Assembly (NCBI GenBank): GCA_030537155.1
Contig: JAUNOH010000001.1
Span: 47,574 to 111,573, forward strand
DNA: 64,000 nucleotides
Direction of reading: 5' to 3'
From: Bacillota bacterium
GTDB lineage: Bacteria > Bacillota_I > Bacilli_A > RFN20 > CAG-826
In this document: positions 13,129 through 24,236 of the stretch, one piece after another
Layout: each line of letters begins with the position of its first letter
Position numbering within the stretch: the first letter of the stretch is position 1
Program-made: the position numbers and the translations under genes
The notes under the pieces: generated by a model
Told to the model about the DNA's origin: nothing
The model's input: only the letters and a program-made list of their open reading frames with translations
Database searches by the model: none

Positions 13129-16100
13129 TTAATCTAGGCTCTCGGCGGGGTGGCGGCGGGAAACCGATAACCCCTCCTCATTGGCCTGATCGGCCTCGAT
13201 CTCGACCGTAAGCGGCTCGGGATCTTCCTTCGGCGAGGTGAGGCTTCTGATGGCCGAATTGGTCTTCCTCTCCTCGACGAGGGCGTCTTGGGCCAGGACG
13301 TCGAGGTCGATGATCTCGCCTTCCTGGTTGTATAGATTGACCTTCATGCCTAAGCCCTTGAGCTCCTTGGTGAAGACTTTGAAGGCTTCGGGCATGCCGG
13401 ATTTCGGGATTTCGTAGCCCTTGATGATGGCTTCGTAGGTTTTCCTGCGGCCGACACGGTCGTCGGATTTGATGGTGATCATCTCCTGGAGGGTGTGGGC
13501 GGCGCCATAGGCCTCGAGGGCCCAAACTTCCATCTCGCCGAACCTCTGGCCGCCGTTCTGGGCTTTGCCGCCGAGAGGCTGCTGGGTGACGAGGGAGTAG
13601 GGACCGGTGGCCCTGGCGTGAATCTTATCGTCGACCATGTGCACGAGTTTGATCATGTACTGGATGCCGACGGCGATACGCTCGGGGAACCTTTCGCCGG
13701 TGCGGCCATCGTATAAGACGGTCTTGCCGTCTTCGGAGAGCCCGGCCTTCTTCATGAGGTCGGCGATCTCCTCGGAGGAGATACCATCAAACGAGGGGGT
13801 GGCCACCCTCATGTGGAGTTTAGAGCAGGCCAAACCGAGGTGGACCTCAAGGATCTGGCCGATGTTCATACGGGAAGGAACGCCCATCGGAGAGAGCATG
13901 ATGTCGATCGGGGTGCCATCGGCTAAGAAGGGCATATCCTCGACCGGGAGGATCCTGGAGATGACGCCTTTGTTACCGTGACGGCCGGACATCTTATCGC
14001 CCTCGGAGATCTTCCTCTTTTGGACGATATAGACGCGGACGATCATGATGACGCCCGGCGGGAGCGGATCCTTCTTCTTCTTGGAGAAGATCTTGACGTC
14101 GTGGACGATGCCGGCGCCGCCGTGGGGGACGCGCAAAGAGGTGTCTTTGCCTTCCTTCGTCTTCTCGGCGAAGATGGCCATTAATAGCTTCTCCTCGGGG
14201 GTGGGCTCAGTCTGGCCTTTCGGGGTGACTTTGCCGACGAGGATGTCGCCTTCTTTGACCTCGGCGCCTTTGACGATGATGCCGTTTTCGTCGAGGAAAG
14301 TCTTGGCTTCCTCGGCAACATTCGGGACGTCGCGGGTGATCTCTTCGGCCCCGAGTTTGGTCTCGCGGCACTCGATCTCATAACGCTCGATGTGGATGGT
14401 GGTGAAGGTGTCTTCCTTGACCATCCTCTCACTCATGATGATGGCGTCTTCGTAGTTGTAGCCATTCCAGGTCATGTAGGCGATGAGGATGTTCTGGCCG
14501 AGCGAGAGCTCGCCATTCCTCATGGCCGGGCCATCGGCGATGACCTGACCGGGTTTGACTTCATCACCGACCTTGACGATCGGGGTCTGGTTGATGCAGG
14601 TGCCGTTGTTGGAACGGGCGAATTTCTGCAGGGCGTAGGTCTTGACCTCGTTGCCCTTCTTCACCTTGATGGTGGCGGAGTCGACGTAGGTGACCTTGCC
14701 TTCGCTATTGGCGACCACGGCCAAGCCGGAGTCGCGGGCGATGATGCCCTCCATGCCGGTGCCGACATAGGGGATCGAGGGACGAAGAAGCGGCAGAGCC
14801 TGACGTTGCATGTTGGCGCCCATCAAGGCTCTGGTGCTGTCGTCGTTTTCAAGGAAGGGGATGCAAGCCGCGGCGATCGAGACGATCTGCTTCGGGGAGA
14901 CGTCGACATAGTCGATGAGCTCCTTCGCGGCCATGACGTTGTCCTCGTCGTGGCGGGAGATGACCTCGTCATCGAGGATCTCCTTGACGCTCTGGCCATC
15001 GATGGTCAGAGGTTCGCCGAGGCGGATGTTGGCGCCGGCGATGTAGTGACCCCTCTCGGCATCGGCCGAAAGATAGACGGCGTGGTCGGAGACGTAATAG
15101 TGCATCTTTCCATCTTCGCCCTGCTTGCTGATGACCGTCCTATAGGGGGTCTCGATGAAGCCATAGTTATTGATCTTGGCGTAGGTGGAGAGGTTATTGA
15201 TCAGACCGATGTTTTGACCTTCGGGGGTCTCAATCGGGCAGATACGGCCATAGTGGGTATAGTGGACGTCGCGGACCTCCATGGAGGCGCGGTCCCTAGT
15301 CAAACCGCCGGGGCCTAAGGCCGAGATACGGCGCTTGTTGGTCAGCTCAGCCAAGGGGTTGGTCTGATCCATGAACTGCGAAAGCTGGCTCGAGGCGAAG
15401 AACTCGCGGATGGAGGAGGTGAGCGGACGGATGTTGATCAAGGACTGGGGGTTAGCCGAGTCCATATCGGTGATCGACATCTTCTGCTGGACGGTCTTGG
15501 CCATCTTGGTGAGGCCGATCCTGAACTGGGTCTGGAGAAGTTCCCCGACGCAGCGGACACGACGGTTGCCGAGGTGGTCGATGTCATCGGTCTGGCCGAT
15601 GCCATCCATGATGTTGCAGAAGTAGGAGAAGCAAGCCACCATGTCGGCGCAGGTGACGCGCGAGGCGGTCTCGTTGAGGTTGTTGCCGATGATGGAGACG
15701 ACTTTGCCTTTCGGGTTGTCGTTAGCGTAAACCTTGACGATGTTCACGATTGAGGAGCCGACGCCATCGTCGATGCTCTCGTCGATCTTAAGCTTCTTCT
15801 CGTGGGCGCCCTTCTCGAAGAATTCATCATCCTTCAAAGCCTGGACGTCTTTCTTATCGAGTTTCTCGCCTTTGATGAGCAGGCGGGTCTCACCGTTCTT
15901 CTCATAAGAGAAGATCTCGCCGTCTTTCGAGACGAGGTTCTCGGCCAAGATGCGGCCGGTAAGACGGTCGTAGATGCCGAGTTTGTTGCCGTATTTGAAA
16001 CGGCCGGCGCGGCCGAGGTCATACCTCTTGTCGTCGAAGAATTTCTGACGGAGGAAGGTCTTGACGCCCTCGGGGGTCAAAGGCTCACCGGGTTTTAGCT

Positions 16101-16845
16101 TGGTGAAGATGTCGTATAAGGCGTGCATCTGCCCCTTGATGTCGGAATCCTTCTTGAGGGTGTTCTCAATGTACTCGCTATCGCCGAAGAGGGACTCGAT
16201 GGTCTTCTCGCTGTCGAGGCCGATGGCCTTGAACAAGACGACGGCCGGCATCTTCCTCTGGCGGTCGATGCGGACCCAAAGGACCTTCTTGAGGTCGCTC
16301 TCGAACTGGAGCCAGGTGCCCCTGGTCGGGATGATCTCGCCGTTATAGACGTGTTCGCCGCTCTTATCGAGTTCGTCCTGGAAATAGGCGCCAGGGGAAC
16401 GGACGATCTGGCTGACGATGACGCGCTCGGCGCCATTGACGATGAAGGTGCCGGAATCGGTCATCAGAGGCAGATCGCCCATGAAGACGGTGGCTTCCTT
16501 CATTTCGCCGCTGTTCTTGAAATAGAGGCGGAGGGTGACCCTGATCTTGCTTGAATAAGTCAGGTCGGCCGCTTTGCACATAAGCGGGTCGTATTTAGGC
16601 TCCTCCAGCTGGCAATCGACGTATTGGAATTCGGCGGTCCCGGCGTAGTTCTCGATCGGGAAGACCTCCTTCATGACATCGTCGATTCCCTTTTCGAGGA
16701 ACCACTTGAATGAATCGGTTTGGATTTCGACAAGATAGGGAAGAGGCGTTTTGCCGCTGATCTTCGAGAAGTTGATGCGGGAGTTGATTCCGACATCGTA
16801 GTTCTTGTCTTCGTACTGGGTGAGGAATTTCTCTTCTTGTGCCAT
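13129..16845 (-). CDS. rpoB: DNA-directed RNA polymerase subunit beta
   Basis: 1238 aa; contains [19 protein letters not shown] and [26 protein letters not shown] (rif region); located upstream of rpoC. Confidence 0.98.
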   Translation of the reverse strand: MAQEEKFLTQYEDKNYDVGINSRINFSKISGKTPLPYLVEIQTDSFKWFLEKGIDDVMKEVFPIENYAGTAEFQYVDCQLEEPKYDPLMCKAADLTYSSKIRVTLRLYFKNSGEMKEATVFMGDLPLMTDSGTFIVNGAERVIVSQIVRSPGAYFQDELDKSGEHVYNGEIIPTRGTWLQFESDLKKVLWVRIDRQRKMPAVVLFKAIGLDSEKTIESLFGDSEYIENTLKKDSDIKGQMHALYDIFTKLKPGEPLTPEGVKTFLRQKFFDDKRYDLGRAGRFKYGNKLGIYDRLTGRILAENLVSKDGEIFSYEKNGETRLLIKGEKLDKKDVQALKDDEFFEKGAHEKKLKIDESIDDGVGSSIVNIVKVYANDNPKGKVVSIIGNNLNETASRVTCADMVACFSYFCNIMDGIGQTDDIDHLGNRRVRCVGELLQTQFRIGLTKMAKTVQQKMSITDMDSANPQSLINIRPLTSSIREFFASSQLSQFMDQTNPLAELTNKRRISALGPGGLTRDRASMEVRDVHYTHYGRICPIETPEGQNIGLINNLSTYAKINNYGFIETPYRTVISKQGEDGKMHYYVSDHAVYLSADAERGHYIAGANIRLGEPLTIDGQSVKEILDDEVISRHDEDNVMAAKELIDYVDVSPKQIVSIAAACIPFLENDDSTRALMGANMQRQALPLLRPSIPYVGTGMEGIIARDSGLAVVANSEGKVTYVDSATIKVKKGNEVKTYALQKFARSNNGTCINQTPIVKVGDEVKPGQVIADGPAMRNGELSLGQNILIAYMTWNGYNYEDAIIMSERMVKEDTFTTIHIERYEIECRETKLGAEEITRDVPNVAEEAKTFLDENGIIVKGAEVKEGDILVGKVTPKGQTEPTPEEKLLMAIFAEKTKEGKDTSLRVPHGGAGIVHDVKIFSKKKKDPLPPGVIMIVRVYIVQKRKISEGDKMSGRHGNKGVISRILPVEDMPFLADGTPIDIMLSPMGVPSRMNIGQILEVHLGLACSKLHMRVATPSFDGISSEEIADLMKKAGLSEDGKTVLYDGRTGERFPERIAVGIQYMIKLVHMVDDKIHARATGPYSLVTQQPLGGKAQNGGQRFGEMEVWALEAYGAAHTLQEMITIKSDDRVGRRKTYEAIIKGYEIPKSGMPEAFKVFTKELKGLGMKVNLYNQEGEIIDLDVLAQDALVEERKTNSAIRSLTSPKEDPEPLTVEIEADQANEEGLSVSRRHPAESLD

Positions 16846-16856
16846 TGGTACTCCTT

Positions 16857-17453
16857 TTACTTTTGCGCGACGAGGATGCAGTATCCTTTTTTCTGCTTAA
16901 CCCTGATGACCTCCTTAAACAGAGTCTCGAGGTATCGCATGCAGGAGTCGGCCCCCTGCTTCTTTCTGATGACTAGGATCAGCCGACCGCCTTCATTAAG
17001 GTGGTCGAGTGCGCCCGCGTACATCGCGTATGTAACCTTCTTCCCCGCGCGGATTGGGGGGTTGGTCACAATGGTGTCGAATTTGGAGTGTATTTGGGAA
17101 TAGACGTCGCTTTCTACGATCGTGACCCGGTCCACCACTTCTAATTTAGAAGCGTTGGTCCCGGCCAAATCGAGGGCCCTTTGATTCACGTCCGCTAACG
17201 TGAGCTGCCTATTCTTGTCGAAGTAGGCCAGCAGTAGCCCTATGCTTCCGATGCCACATCCTAAGTCGAGGATGTGCTTCCCAAGATCGGACTTGGCGAT
17301 GGTTTCAAGCAGTAATCTACTGCCATCGTCGAGGCCATCTTTGGAAAAGACGCCTAGGTCGCTTTCTAAGGTGAAGCGCTCTCCCAGCAATTCGAAGCTC
17401 TGGGTGATGCTCTTATGGGCTAAGTTTTCGTCATTTACATAGTAATGGCTCAT
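16857..17453 (-). CDS. Class I SAM-dependent methyltransferase (RsmC/YbxB-like small-domain MTase)
   Basis: [16 protein letters not shown] (motif I) and TNPPIRAGK (NPPY-like motif IV). It holds the same position between rplL and rpoB as B. subtilis ybxB, and sits only 11 nt upstream of rpoB. Confidence 0.8.
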   Translation of the reverse strand: MSHYYVNDENLAHKSITQSFELLGERFTLESDLGVFSKDGLDDGSRLLLETIAKSDLGKHILDLGCGIGSIGLLLAYFDKNRQLTLADVNQRALDLAGTNASKLEVVDRVTIVESDVYSQIHSKFDTIVTNPPIRAGKKVTYAMYAGALDHLNEGGRLILVIRKKQGADSCMRYLETLFKEVIRVKQKKGYCILVAQK

Positions 17454-17467
17454 GCCTAACCTCCCCT

Positions 17468-17512
17468 AAAAAGGCAAACCCCCTACCCCCACCCAAAAGG
17501 GCAGGGATAGGG
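17468..17512 (-). terminator. Hairpin + U-tract between rplL and the MTase-rpoBC genes (attenuator/partial terminator)
   Basis: Minus strand: CCCUAUCCCUGCCC-UUUU-GGGUGGGGGUAGGG (14 bp including G-U pairs) followed by GGUUUGCCUUUUU. A partial terminator at the rplL-rpoB junction is a well-known arrangement. Confidence 0.65.
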
Positions 17513-17536
17513 TTATCAAATCGGATTTAGATGAGA

Positions 17537-17917
17537 CTATTTGATCTCGACTTCGCAGCCGGCGGCGACCAAGGTCTTCTTGTGCTCTTCGGCCTCGACG
17601 GGAGAGATCTTCTCTTTGACGTTGGCGGGAAGGGCGTCGACCATCTTCTTGGCATCCATCAGGCCGAGGCCGGTGATGGCCTGGACGGCTTTGATGACGG
17701 CAACCTTGGAACCGGTGCCCAAGCCTTTGAGGACGAGGGTGACCTCGGTCGGTCCCTTGGCGACGGGGCCTTCTTCCTCAGCGGGAGCGGCAGCGGCGAC
17801 GGGAGCGGCGGCGGTGACGCCGAACTTCTCCTCGATGGCCTTGACTAAGGCGTTGAGCTCGAGGACAGACATTTCCTCGATGGAAGCGATGATTTCTTCG
17901 TTGGTGAGTTTAGCCAT
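17537..17917 (-). CDS. rplL: 50S ribosomal protein L7/L12
   Basis: MAKLTNEEIIASIEEMSVLELNALVKAIEEKFGV..., an Ala-rich hinge, and a C-terminal ...AGCEVEIK. Confidence 0.97.
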   Translation of the reverse strand: MAKLTNEEIIASIEEMSVLELNALVKAIEEKFGVTAAAPVAAAAPAEEEGPVAKGPTEVTLVLKGLGTGSKVAVIKAVQAITGLGLMDAKKMVDALPANVKEKISPVEAEEHKKTLVAAGCEVEIK

Positions 17918-17937
17918 TGTTAGTTCCTCCTATTAGG

Positions 17938-18453
17938 TTAATTGGCGGCCGGAGCTTCCCCGGCGGGAGATTTGTGGTCCGCGATGGCCTGCACGGTGGC
18001 GGCGAACTGGCGGACGGGTGCCTGGAGCACCGATAAGAGCATGGAAAGCATGCCATTGCGATCAGGTAGCTTGCTGACGGCCACCACTTCATCCTTGGAG
18101 AGGACTTTGCCCTCCATGACGGCGCCCTTGATGACGAGGGCCTCGTGGTAGCGGCTGAACTTGACCAGAGCCTTGGGTCCCTTGGAGATGTCCTTCGAGA
18201 AGACGAAGGCGTTGGGGCCGTTGAGCAGATCGCCTAAGTCGGGATCGCCGTTTTCCTTCAAAGCGCGACGGGCCATGGTGTTTTTGTAGACACCAACGGA
18301 AGCGCCACTTTCCTTGAGGGTTTTGCGGAGTTCCTGCATCTCGGCGACGGTGAGTCCCTGATAGGAGACGATGACCATGGCCGGATTCTCTTTGAGGCCT
18401 TTGTCCAAAGCGGAGACTTGGCCTTGCTTGTTTGCGAGAGCTTGCTTGTTCAT
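17938..18453 (-). CDS. rplJ: 50S ribosomal protein L10
   Basis: 171 aa; typical L10 sequence (VIVSYQGLTVAEMQELRKTLKESG) immediately upstream of rplL. Confidence 0.95.
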   Translation of the reverse strand: MNKQALANKQGQVSALDKGLKENPAMVIVSYQGLTVAEMQELRKTLKESGASVGVYKNTMARRALKENGDPDLGDLLNGPNAFVFSKDISKGPKALVKFSRYHEALVIKGAVMEGKVLSKDEVVAVSKLPDRNGMLSMLLSVLQAPVRQFAATVQAIADHKSPAGEAPAAN

Positions 18454-18623
18454 GTGCTTACCTCCTTTCTTGTTCTTTCGACAATATATGTGAGGCTTCG
18501 ATATAACTAGTGGGTGTTCGTGAAATTCCTTTAACCTCAGCAGGGTGGTTTTATTAAGACTGTTTCGTCCCCGGCTATCTTAGGTATATGAAGCGTTTCA
18601 CCAAATTGGTTTGGCGGGAACGA
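18454..18623 (-). promoter_or_regulatory. Possible L10 (rplJ) leader RNA
   Basis: 170-nt untranslated gap between rplA and rplJ, the position where Bacillota carry the autoregulatory L10 leader. I could not verify the covariation model by eye. Confidence 0.35.
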
Positions 18624-19316
18624 TTAGTTCCTGCCGGCATAGGTGAAGTTGATGCCAGGGCCCATGGTGGTATGGAGCACGCAGGTCTTCACATAGGTGC
18701 CCTTCACGGTGGAGGGGCGGGCTTTCTGGATCTGATCCACAAAGGCCAAGACGTTCTCGGCTAGATCGCCCTCCGAGAAGGAGACGCGGCCACAGCCAAC
18801 GTTGAGGTTGCCGTTCTTGTCGACACGGTAGGAGATCTTACCTTGCTTGATCTCTTTGACGGCGTTGCCGATTTCCGGGGTGACGGTTCCGGTCTTGGGG
18901 TTAGGCATTAAGCCTTTGGGGCCCAATAGACGGCCCATCTTGCCCAATTCACCCATCATGTCGGGGGTGCAGACGATGACGTCGAACCCGAACCAGTTCT
19001 CGGTCTTGATCTTCTCGAGCATATCGACGTCGCCAACGAAGTCGGCGCCAGCGGCTTTGGCTTCTTCCTGCTTGTTGCGGGTTAAGGCCAAGACGGTCCT
19101 GGTTTTGCCGGTCCCGTGGGGGAGGCTGATGGTGCCGCGGATCAATTGATCGGCGAGGGTGGGATTGACGTTGAGCTTCATGCTCACGCCGACGGAGGAG
19201 TCGAATTTGGTGACCGAGGTCTCTTTGGCTAATTTGACGGCCTCTTCGATGCTGTAGACCTTGGAGGAGTCAACCTTCTTGGCGGCGGCAACGTACTTTT
19301 TGGAATATTTCTTCAT
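18624..19316 (-). CDS. rplA: 50S ribosomal protein L1
   Basis: 230 aa; contains PHGTGKTRTVLALT and GPKGLMPNPKTGTVT. Confidence 0.97.
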   Translation of the reverse strand: MKKYSKKYVAAAKKVDSSKVYSIEEAVKLAKETSVTKFDSSVGVSMKLNVNPTLADQLIRGTISLPHGTGKTRTVLALTRNKQEEAKAAGADFVGDVDMLEKIKTENWFGFDVIVCTPDMMGELGKMGRLLGPKGLMPNPKTGTVTPEIGNAVKEIKQGKISYRVDKNGNLNVGCGRVSFSEGDLAENVLAFVDQIQKARPSTVKGTYVKTCVLHTTMGPGINFTYAGRN

Positions 19317-19333
19317 TCTCAGTTACCTCCGAA

Positions 19334-19744
19334 TTAGCCCTTGATGGCGATGCCCATTTGGGCAGCGCTGCCGGCCACGATCTTCTTGGCGGCTTCCAGA
19401 TCCTCGGTGTTGAGGTCGGGGAGCTTGTACTGGGCGATTTCGGTCAGCTGCTTGTCAGTGATGGAGCCGACGATGTTCTTGGGGTTGCCCGAACCCTTGC
19501 TGATACCAGCGGCGCTCAGCAGCAAGCCGGCGACGGGGCTGGTCTTGATTACGAAGTCATAGGATTTGTCTTCGTAGGCGGTGATGATCACCGGAACGGT
19601 CTGTCCGCGGCGATCGCCGGTCTTGGCATTGAAGTCAGTGCAGAACTTGGCCATGTTGACACCAGCAGAAGCTAGTTTCGGGCCAGGTTTGGCCTCCCCG
19701 CCAGGGAGTTCCATTTTCAAGACCTTGACGATTCTCTTGTTCAT
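19334..19744 (-). CDS. rplK: 50S ribosomal protein L11
   Basis: I place the start at ATG 19744 (MNKRIVKVLKMELPGGEAKPGPKLASAGVNMAKFCTDFNAKT), preceded by AAAGGAGAG; the ORF-track start at 19768 is an upstream extension. Confidence 0.95.
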   Translation of the reverse strand: MNKRIVKVLKMELPGGEAKPGPKLASAGVNMAKFCTDFNAKTGDRRGQTVPVIITAYEDKSYDFVIKTSPVAGLLLSAAGISKGSGNPKNIVGSITDKQLTEIAQYKLPDLNTEDLEAAKKIVAGSAAQMGIAIKG

Positions 19745-19923
19745 GATTCTCTCCTTTCTTGAGATCATGCAGTGGTTTTAGTGGGTCCTCGTCACGGGAT
19801 CCTTCCACGCATAGTGCGCTTAAAACGCGCTTGCATATGATACGCGTGCAAAATCTGGAATTAAAGGACTTTTTGAAAAATTTATGTTTCGGTTGGTGCA
19901 GAAGACCAAAATGACTAGATGAA

Positions 19924-19976
19924 CAAAAAAAGAAAATGCGGACATTGTTTCAGGGGGGATCGAAACAAAAGGCCGC
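19924..19976 (-). terminator. Orphan rho-independent terminator in the rplK upstream region
   Basis: Minus strand: GCGGCC-UUU-UGUUUC-GAUCCCCCCU-GAAACA-AU-GUCCGC followed by AUUUUCUUUUUUUG. No annotated CDS ends just upstream of it (see the sRNA finding). Confidence 0.55.
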
Positions 19977-20138
19977 ACTTTCAATGCTTCCAAGAAACCC
20001 TAAGGCTTTTCGGGAAGCGAATTATCCTAACATCGGCCACCCGAGTTTACAAATGATTTGGGCGATGTCGAATAAAAGCATTTCGCTTGTATGGCAAGCA
20101 ACCGGAAAAATCGCAATTTCCACGGCAAAAATCGCTTA

Positions 20139-20176
20139 AATGGAAAAGCCCAGAAGTTAGGGCTCCCGGGCTTTTT
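20139..20176 (-). terminator. Probable terminator of the S9 peptidase gene
   Basis: Minus strand: AAAAGCCCGGG-AGCCC-UAACUUCU-GGGCU-UUUCCAUUU, about 25 nt after the stop at 20199. Confidence 0.5.
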
Positions 20177-20198
20177 GCTTAGATTGACGGAAACGAAA

Positions 20199-22172
20199 TT
20201 ACTTGGTGTGCTTGTTGAACCAGTCCGTGATCTCGTTGAGCCTTCTGATGCGGTGCTTAGGCATGCCACCCCTCGAGAGGTCATGGTTCTCGCCCTTGAA
20301 GACGACCATGCGGGTCTCGACGCCCTTTTGGACGCAGGCGGTATACATCAGATAACCATTCTCGATCGGGCAGCGGTAATCCTGCTCCGAGTGGATGACC
20401 AGTAACGGGGTCTTAAGGTTTTGGGCGTCCTTGATGGGGGAATGCTTCATCAACTGGGCCCTCCCCTCCTCGGAGATGACGTCTCCACCACCGCACTGAT
20501 CGGCGTCGAAATGAATGCCGATGTCGGAGTTGGCCTCCATAAGCATCCAATCGGAAATGGAACGTTGGGTGGCCAAGGCGCAGAAACGGTCGGTGTGGGT
20601 GGCGATCCAGTTGGTCATGAAGCCACCATAGGAGCCGCCGGTCTCGCAAACCTTGCTCGGATCGATCTGGGGATATTTCTTCAAGACGACGTCGGTGAAA
20701 TCCATGATGTTCTTGAAGTCGATGCCGCCATATTTGCCACGGAGATCGGCAAACTCATTGCCACGTCCATCGCCACCAAAGGGATTGCAGAAGAAGACAA
20801 AGTAGCCAAGGCTCGCCCAGACCTGCATCTCATGGAAGAAAACAGTGCCATAGGCGCACTTGGGTCCGCCGTGGATATCTAGGATGGCCGGGTATTTCTT
20901 GCTCGGGTCATAATCCTTGGGGAGCAACACCCAGCCATCGAGGTCCCAGCCCTCGCTTTTGAAGGAAATCTTCTTGGGCTTGGCAACATAACGCCCCTTT
21001 AAGAATTTGCCGTTGAGGTTGCTGGCGCGTTTGGGCTTCTTGTCCACCACTTCATAGACTTCCGCAAGCCGGTTTCCAAATAAACCTAGGGTCAAAATTC
21101 TGCCGTTTTTGATATCGAAATCGAAGTAGGCGCCTTCCCCGACGGCCACATCTTCTATCGTGCCGTCCGGATGCATCTTTTTGATGGGGGTGTTGTAACG
21201 ATCCTGGGCGGTGAAATATAAAGCCTTGCCGTCGGATTTGAATCCTCCGCCATGGCCCCAGCAAACATCGGTCAACGTGCCGGAGAAACCCATATCCGGA
21301 GCGGCGAATTCCTCGAGGGTTTTCGCACCTTCGTTCAAATAAAAGAAACGGGCGTTTTCGTTCAGGCCGTATTTGCCTTTGCAGGTGGCGCTTACCACGA
21401 TTTTCCCTTCGAGGGCGTATAGGCCGTGGACTGAATATTTATCGGCCGGGAAAACCTCGGTCAATTCCTTGCTCTTGAGGTTGTATTTATAGATGGCATC
21501 CTCCATCGGGGCGATGACTTTCTGATAGGCGCCGGCGAAGTAGAGAAAATCGCCGAGGATGGCATGAGGTCCAACGGATAATTCGGCGTCGTGGATCCTC
21601 TCGATCGATTTGCTCTCGGGATCATAGATGAAGTAGCTGCTCCTGGTCTTGTTGATATAGCCGACGCCATTAAACCACCACGGGTGCTCGTCGATGACCA
21701 TATAATCGGCTTCTTCTTTCAGCTGGCCGAGGGCCTTCTTTCTCTCGTCCCCTTCAAGTTTATATAGTTCGGGGCAACGGAGGTCAGTCTGGCCACTCAC
21801 CAGATAACGACCATCATCCAATTTCTTCAGACTTCCACCCAAGGGAAGGGAGAAGGCGAATTCCGGCTTGCCCCCACTTACCTTGAGGCGGAAGAACTCG
21901 CTATACGGTCCCTTTTCCTGGTTCTTCTTGGCGTTTTTAAACGACTGGTAGATGATCGTCTCATCATCCTCAAACAAGAATGATCCAATCTTTTCCTTAC
22001 TGGTCAATTTCTTGCATTTTTTCTCGGAATAAAGGTACAAATCGGTCGTATAGCCGTCCAATTTCTTTTCCGATTGGCGCACGATGAAGGCGCCATACTT
22101 CCCTGAGGGGCTCAACTTGAGATCCGAAAGAAAACGGTATTGGGCGATGTCCTCAATCTTTACTGGTTCCAT
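20199..22172 (-). CDS. S9 family serine peptidase (prolyl oligopeptidase / acylaminoacyl-peptidase type)
   Basis: 657 aa; N-terminal beta-propeller-like region and C-terminal alpha/beta hydrolase with nucleophile motif GGSYGGFMT and downstream D/H region (...HSEQDYRCP...GENHDLSR). Confidence 0.85.
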   Translation of the reverse strand: MEPVKIEDIAQYRFLSDLKLSPSGKYGAFIVRQSEKKLDGYTTDLYLYSEKKCKKLTSKEKIGSFLFEDDETIIYQSFKNAKKNQEKGPYSEFFRLKVSGGKPEFAFSLPLGGSLKKLDDGRYLVSGQTDLRCPELYKLEGDERKKALGQLKEEADYMVIDEHPWWFNGVGYINKTRSSYFIYDPESKSIERIHDAELSVGPHAILGDFLYFAGAYQKVIAPMEDAIYKYNLKSKELTEVFPADKYSVHGLYALEGKIVVSATCKGKYGLNENARFFYLNEGAKTLEEFAAPDMGFSGTLTDVCWGHGGGFKSDGKALYFTAQDRYNTPIKKMHPDGTIEDVAVGEGAYFDFDIKNGRILTLGLFGNRLAEVYEVVDKKPKRASNLNGKFLKGRYVAKPKKISFKSEGWDLDGWVLLPKDYDPSKKYPAILDIHGGPKCAYGTVFFHEMQVWASLGYFVFFCNPFGGDGRGNEFADLRGKYGGIDFKNIMDFTDVVLKKYPQIDPSKVCETGGSYGGFMTNWIATHTDRFCALATQRSISDWMLMEANSDIGIHFDADQCGGGDVISEEGRAQLMKHSPIKDAQNLKTPLLVIHSEQDYRCPIENGYLMYTACVQKGVETRMVVFKGENHDLSRGGMPKHRIRRLNEITDWFNKHTK

Positions 22173-22235
22173 GTATTCTCCTTTTTTCGAATGAAATGGT
22201 TATAAACCCTCCCCGTTTTTTCACAAGGGGAATGC

Positions 22236-24224
22236 TTATTTGACTTTATGGTTGATCAACATTAAAGAATTCAGGGTCAATAGCAGGGCCAACCCAGAGT
22301 CGGCAAAGGTCGCCAGCCAAAGCGGGAAGCCTTCCCAAAGGGCGGCCGCGAGCATGACCGAGAATTTGATCACCAAGGCAACCACTATATTGAAGAGGGC
22401 CCGACGCTCGGTCTGCTTGGCGATTTTGATGACGGTCGAAACCTTAGAGATATCATCGTCCATGAAGACGACGTCAGCATTCTGGACGACGACATCGCTG
22501 CCGAGTCCTCCCATGCCCATACCGACATCGGCACCGACAATAGAAGGCGCGTCATTGATGCCATCGCCGACGAAGCCGACCATCCCATCTTTTTTCGCCA
22601 TCTCTTTTTCAAGGAAGGCAATCTTTTCCTCAGGAATCAATTCGGCATGATATTCATCAACTCCAACTTCAGTTGCGATGGCGGCAACGTTAGCCTTTTT
22701 ATCACCGGAAAGCAGCATAGTCCTACGCCCCAATACCTTAATGGTTGAAATGGCTTGAACAGAGGTGGGTTTAATGGTGTCGTTCAATAAAATATGACCG
22801 TTGTCTTTATCGTCTACGACGAGGTAGACCAAGGTGCCGATTTTCTGGCAGGCGTTCTCCTCAATTAAAGGCTTTTTGATGGCGGAGACTTTATGACCCT
22901 TATAAAGGACAGCAACGCCAATCCCAGGGATCTCCTCATATTCGTCCACCGCTTCGCTATAAACGCCCAAATCCTTGTCCTTGCAGATGGCTTGGGCAAT
23001 CGGGTGGTTGCTTCTGGATTCGGCGGCCACCAGGTAGTCCATAAATGTCTCCTCATCGATGCCGATGGGCGAGATTTCCGAAATCACGAATTCACCCTTC
23101 GTGATGGTACCGGTTTTATCAAAGGCCACCAGCTTCATCTCGTTGAGCTTGTCAAAATATTCTGCGCCCTTAACGATGATGCCGTTTTTAGATGCTAACC
23201 CTAGCCCGGCAAAATAAGCCAGTGGCACGGAGATGACGATCGCACAGGGGCAGGAGATGACTAGGAAGCAAAGGGCCGTGAAAATCCAACGTGACCACAC
23301 CGCCCCATCGTTAACGCCTAAGAATAAAGGCGGGATGATGGCGACCAAAACGGCCAAGGCCATGACGACCGGGGTGTAGATTCTCGAGAATTTGCTGATG
23401 AAGCGGTCGGCCTTGGACTTCTTGGAGGCCGAATGCTCTACCAACTCCAAAAGCTTGGCGACCGTGGAATCCTCATACTCCTTCTCCACCCGGATCTTCA
23501 AGGAACCGGATTTGAGGATGGTTCCACTTAAGACCATGGCCTCTTTTTCCTTTTTGACGGGGACGAATTCGCCGGTGATTGAACTTTCATCGACGTTGCC
23601 CTCGCCTTCGATGACCACGCCATCGCTAAGACACTTCTCGCCCACTTTGAGCAAGACGACATCTCCGACGTGAATGTCCTCGGGCGACTTAAGGCTTATA
23701 GAACCATCCTCGCCGATGATGGAGGCTTTGGAGTCTCTTAAATCGATCGCACTGGTGATGGCCTCCCTCGACTTATCAGCGGCCAAATCCTCGAAGAATT
23801 CGCCCAGCTGATAAAGCAACATGACCATGACGGCCTCAAAGTATTCATTGTGGTCGGGGCCAAATAGGCGGAGGCAGAAGGCGCCGATGGAGGCTACCGT
23901 CATCAACAGGCATTCGTCGAAGGGGTTATGTCCCTTGAAAATAGCCTTCAATGACTTCCAGGCGACGTCATAGGAAACGACAAGCCAGGACACCCCCATG
24001 ACGATGAGGTTTACATACCAGGGGAAATTATCTTCATTTAGCCAGAGTAGACCCAACAAGGCCAAGGCCAGGGAAATAGCTACCCTGATGCCTAAGATGA
24101 GCATCTCGCGTTTCGCGTCTTCCCCTTCCCCGTGTCCATGTTCGTGGCCACACCCGCAGCCGCAGCCTTCTTCTTCATGATCATGTTCGTGCTCATGATC
24201 GTGGCAATGGCAGTGATCGCACAT
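22236..24224 (-). CDS. P1B-2 type heavy-metal (Zn/Cd/Pb) translocating P-type ATPase with His/Cys-rich N-terminus
   Basis: DKTGTIT, GDGINDAP and SNHPIA motifs. TM6 is CPCAIVISVP (CPCx4SxP), TM7 is NIVVALVIK (Nx7K) and TM8 is DSG (DxG), together the Zn/Cd/Pb subgroup signature. N-terminus is MCDHCHCHDHEHEHDHEEEGCGCGCGHEHGHGEGED in place of a GMTCxxC HMA domain. Confidence 0.88.
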   Translation of the reverse strand: MCDHCHCHDHEHEHDHEEEGCGCGCGHEHGHGEGEDAKREMLILGIRVAISLALALLGLLWLNEDNFPWYVNLIVMGVSWLVVSYDVAWKSLKAIFKGHNPFDECLLMTVASIGAFCLRLFGPDHNEYFEAVMVMLLYQLGEFFEDLAADKSREAITSAIDLRDSKASIIGEDGSISLKSPEDIHVGDVVLLKVGEKCLSDGVVIEGEGNVDESSITGEFVPVKKEKEAMVLSGTILKSGSLKIRVEKEYEDSTVAKLLELVEHSASKKSKADRFISKFSRIYTPVVMALAVLVAIIPPLFLGVNDGAVWSRWIFTALCFLVISCPCAIVISVPLAYFAGLGLASKNGIIVKGAEYFDKLNEMKLVAFDKTGTITKGEFVISEISPIGIDEETFMDYLVAAESRSNHPIAQAICKDKDLGVYSEAVDEYEEIPGIGVAVLYKGHKVSAIKKPLIEENACQKIGTLVYLVVDDKDNGHILLNDTIKPTSVQAISTIKVLGRRTMLLSGDKKANVAAIATEVGVDEYHAELIPEEKIAFLEKEMAKKDGMVGFVGDGINDAPSIVGADVGMGMGGLGSDVVVQNADVVFMDDDISKVSTVIKIAKQTERRALFNIVVALVIKFSVMLAAALWEGFPLWLATFADSGLALLLTLNSLMLINHKVK

Positions 24225-24236
24225 AAATACTCCTTT

